Shown piece by piece: positions 34,491 through 35,279 of a stretch of DNA of 35,279 nt. The translations under genes and the position numbers were made by a program. A model generated the notes under the pieces. The model saw only the letters and a program-made list of their open reading frames with translations, had not been told where the DNA came from and did not search any database. Where the stretch lies: contig JALAGF010002264.1 of the NCBI GenBank assembly GCA_030167865.1, positions 1 through 35,279 on the forward strand, read 5' to 3'. Position 1 is the stretch's first letter. The number at the start of each line of letters is the position of its first letter. This stretch comes from Craspedostauros australis (taxonomy: Eukaryota).

Positions 34491-35279
34491 CTGTGTGTTC
34501 GCATCGGCCAACTGAGGTGGTACTGATAATGTTTTTTCGACTTCCACACAGCGTTATCGCGGAGAAGCGCTTTTGTGTCCTCAAAACTCTTGATTGTTGT
34601 TTCTCCAGGATTGGCGTTTGTGCTTCTGTTGGTTTCCGACGGCGGTGAGACTATTCGATGCTTCGCAGAACTTGTTTCAGTGCTATTTCTAAGCGAAGTC
34701 TGTGATTGTCATCCAATCATTGTCTTTCAAAAGTGTCTATGCACGAAGCGTTCCGGCTTGTTGATAAATAGTTCATTTATGGGGTATGTCTTTAGGGTTC
34801 TAAATTCCTTATGTGGAGTTGAGATTCAATGAGGGACAGACTATTACCGAACACGGTATCAACCTGATGGGAGAAATTCTTGGTTTTGGCGCGAAATCTT
34901 CCGACTTGATCGACCACCAAATCTTTTCTCCTCCTTTCTCTCCTCCATTCACGAATCCATCATGACNCAAACATGACCNACCTGACTCACATCCCACCTT
35001 GGGAACTATATGCTCCTCAGATCCTTTTACTACAACATACNTTGATTCCCTCCATGCTGATGACTACTGCACCACTGCCGTGGTCTTAACGCGTGTATCC
35101 AACCTGCTTCAACTCAAACAATGGAATCCGAGAGCCAGCTCCAACCACAGCCACTGCTTCATGGTCGTCACTGCCACATGCCATGATCTACACTGCAGTG
35201 TATCTACGTATGTGGAGAGCAAGGCGCTGTAATGACTGTATACCCTGTAGCACTGAACCAAGTACATCAGTGCAGGGTC

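Noticed and set aside
34800-35279. Terminal region as a possible transposon fragment
   Set aside because: Contains Ns and has no recognisable RT, integrase or transposase motif; cannot be supported without a repeat-library search.

Overview
Eukaryotic nuclear DNA, most likely a diatom or related photosynthetic stramenopile. This rests on GT-AG introns, bipartite signal peptide + 'AF' plastid-targeting presequences, and microsatellite-rich UTRs. About 13 intact protein-coding genes are supported: the 3' end of a multi-CBS/PB1/C-terminal-TM protein (possibly a class-29 myosin tail), a small putative thylakoid-lumen Tat substrate, a 3-exon PX-domain sorting-nexin-like gene, MsrA with an MGCxxS acylation motif, a DUF3593-DUF2499(Ycf49) plastid membrane protein, COP9 signalosome subunit 4, a tiny plastid-targeted protein of five HxxxCxCxxC repeats, PRA1, a PH-like protein, Rab geranylgeranyltransferase beta, an IQ/coiled-coil protein, plastid beta-ketoacyl-ACP synthase, and a plastid NhaD antiporter with an N-terminal CBS pair. 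The last ~4.5 kb differs in character. It holds an ankyrin-BTB(-SAP-like) reading frame broken by two in-frame TAA stops and a homopolymer frameshift, flanked by a hairpin and a direct/inverted repeat cluster. Best leads: the metallothionein-like plastid protein, the CBS-NhaD fusion, the acylated MsrA and the broken ankyrin-BTB gene. Family assignments come from motif recognition by eye and exon boundaries were inferred by hand; no database search was run.
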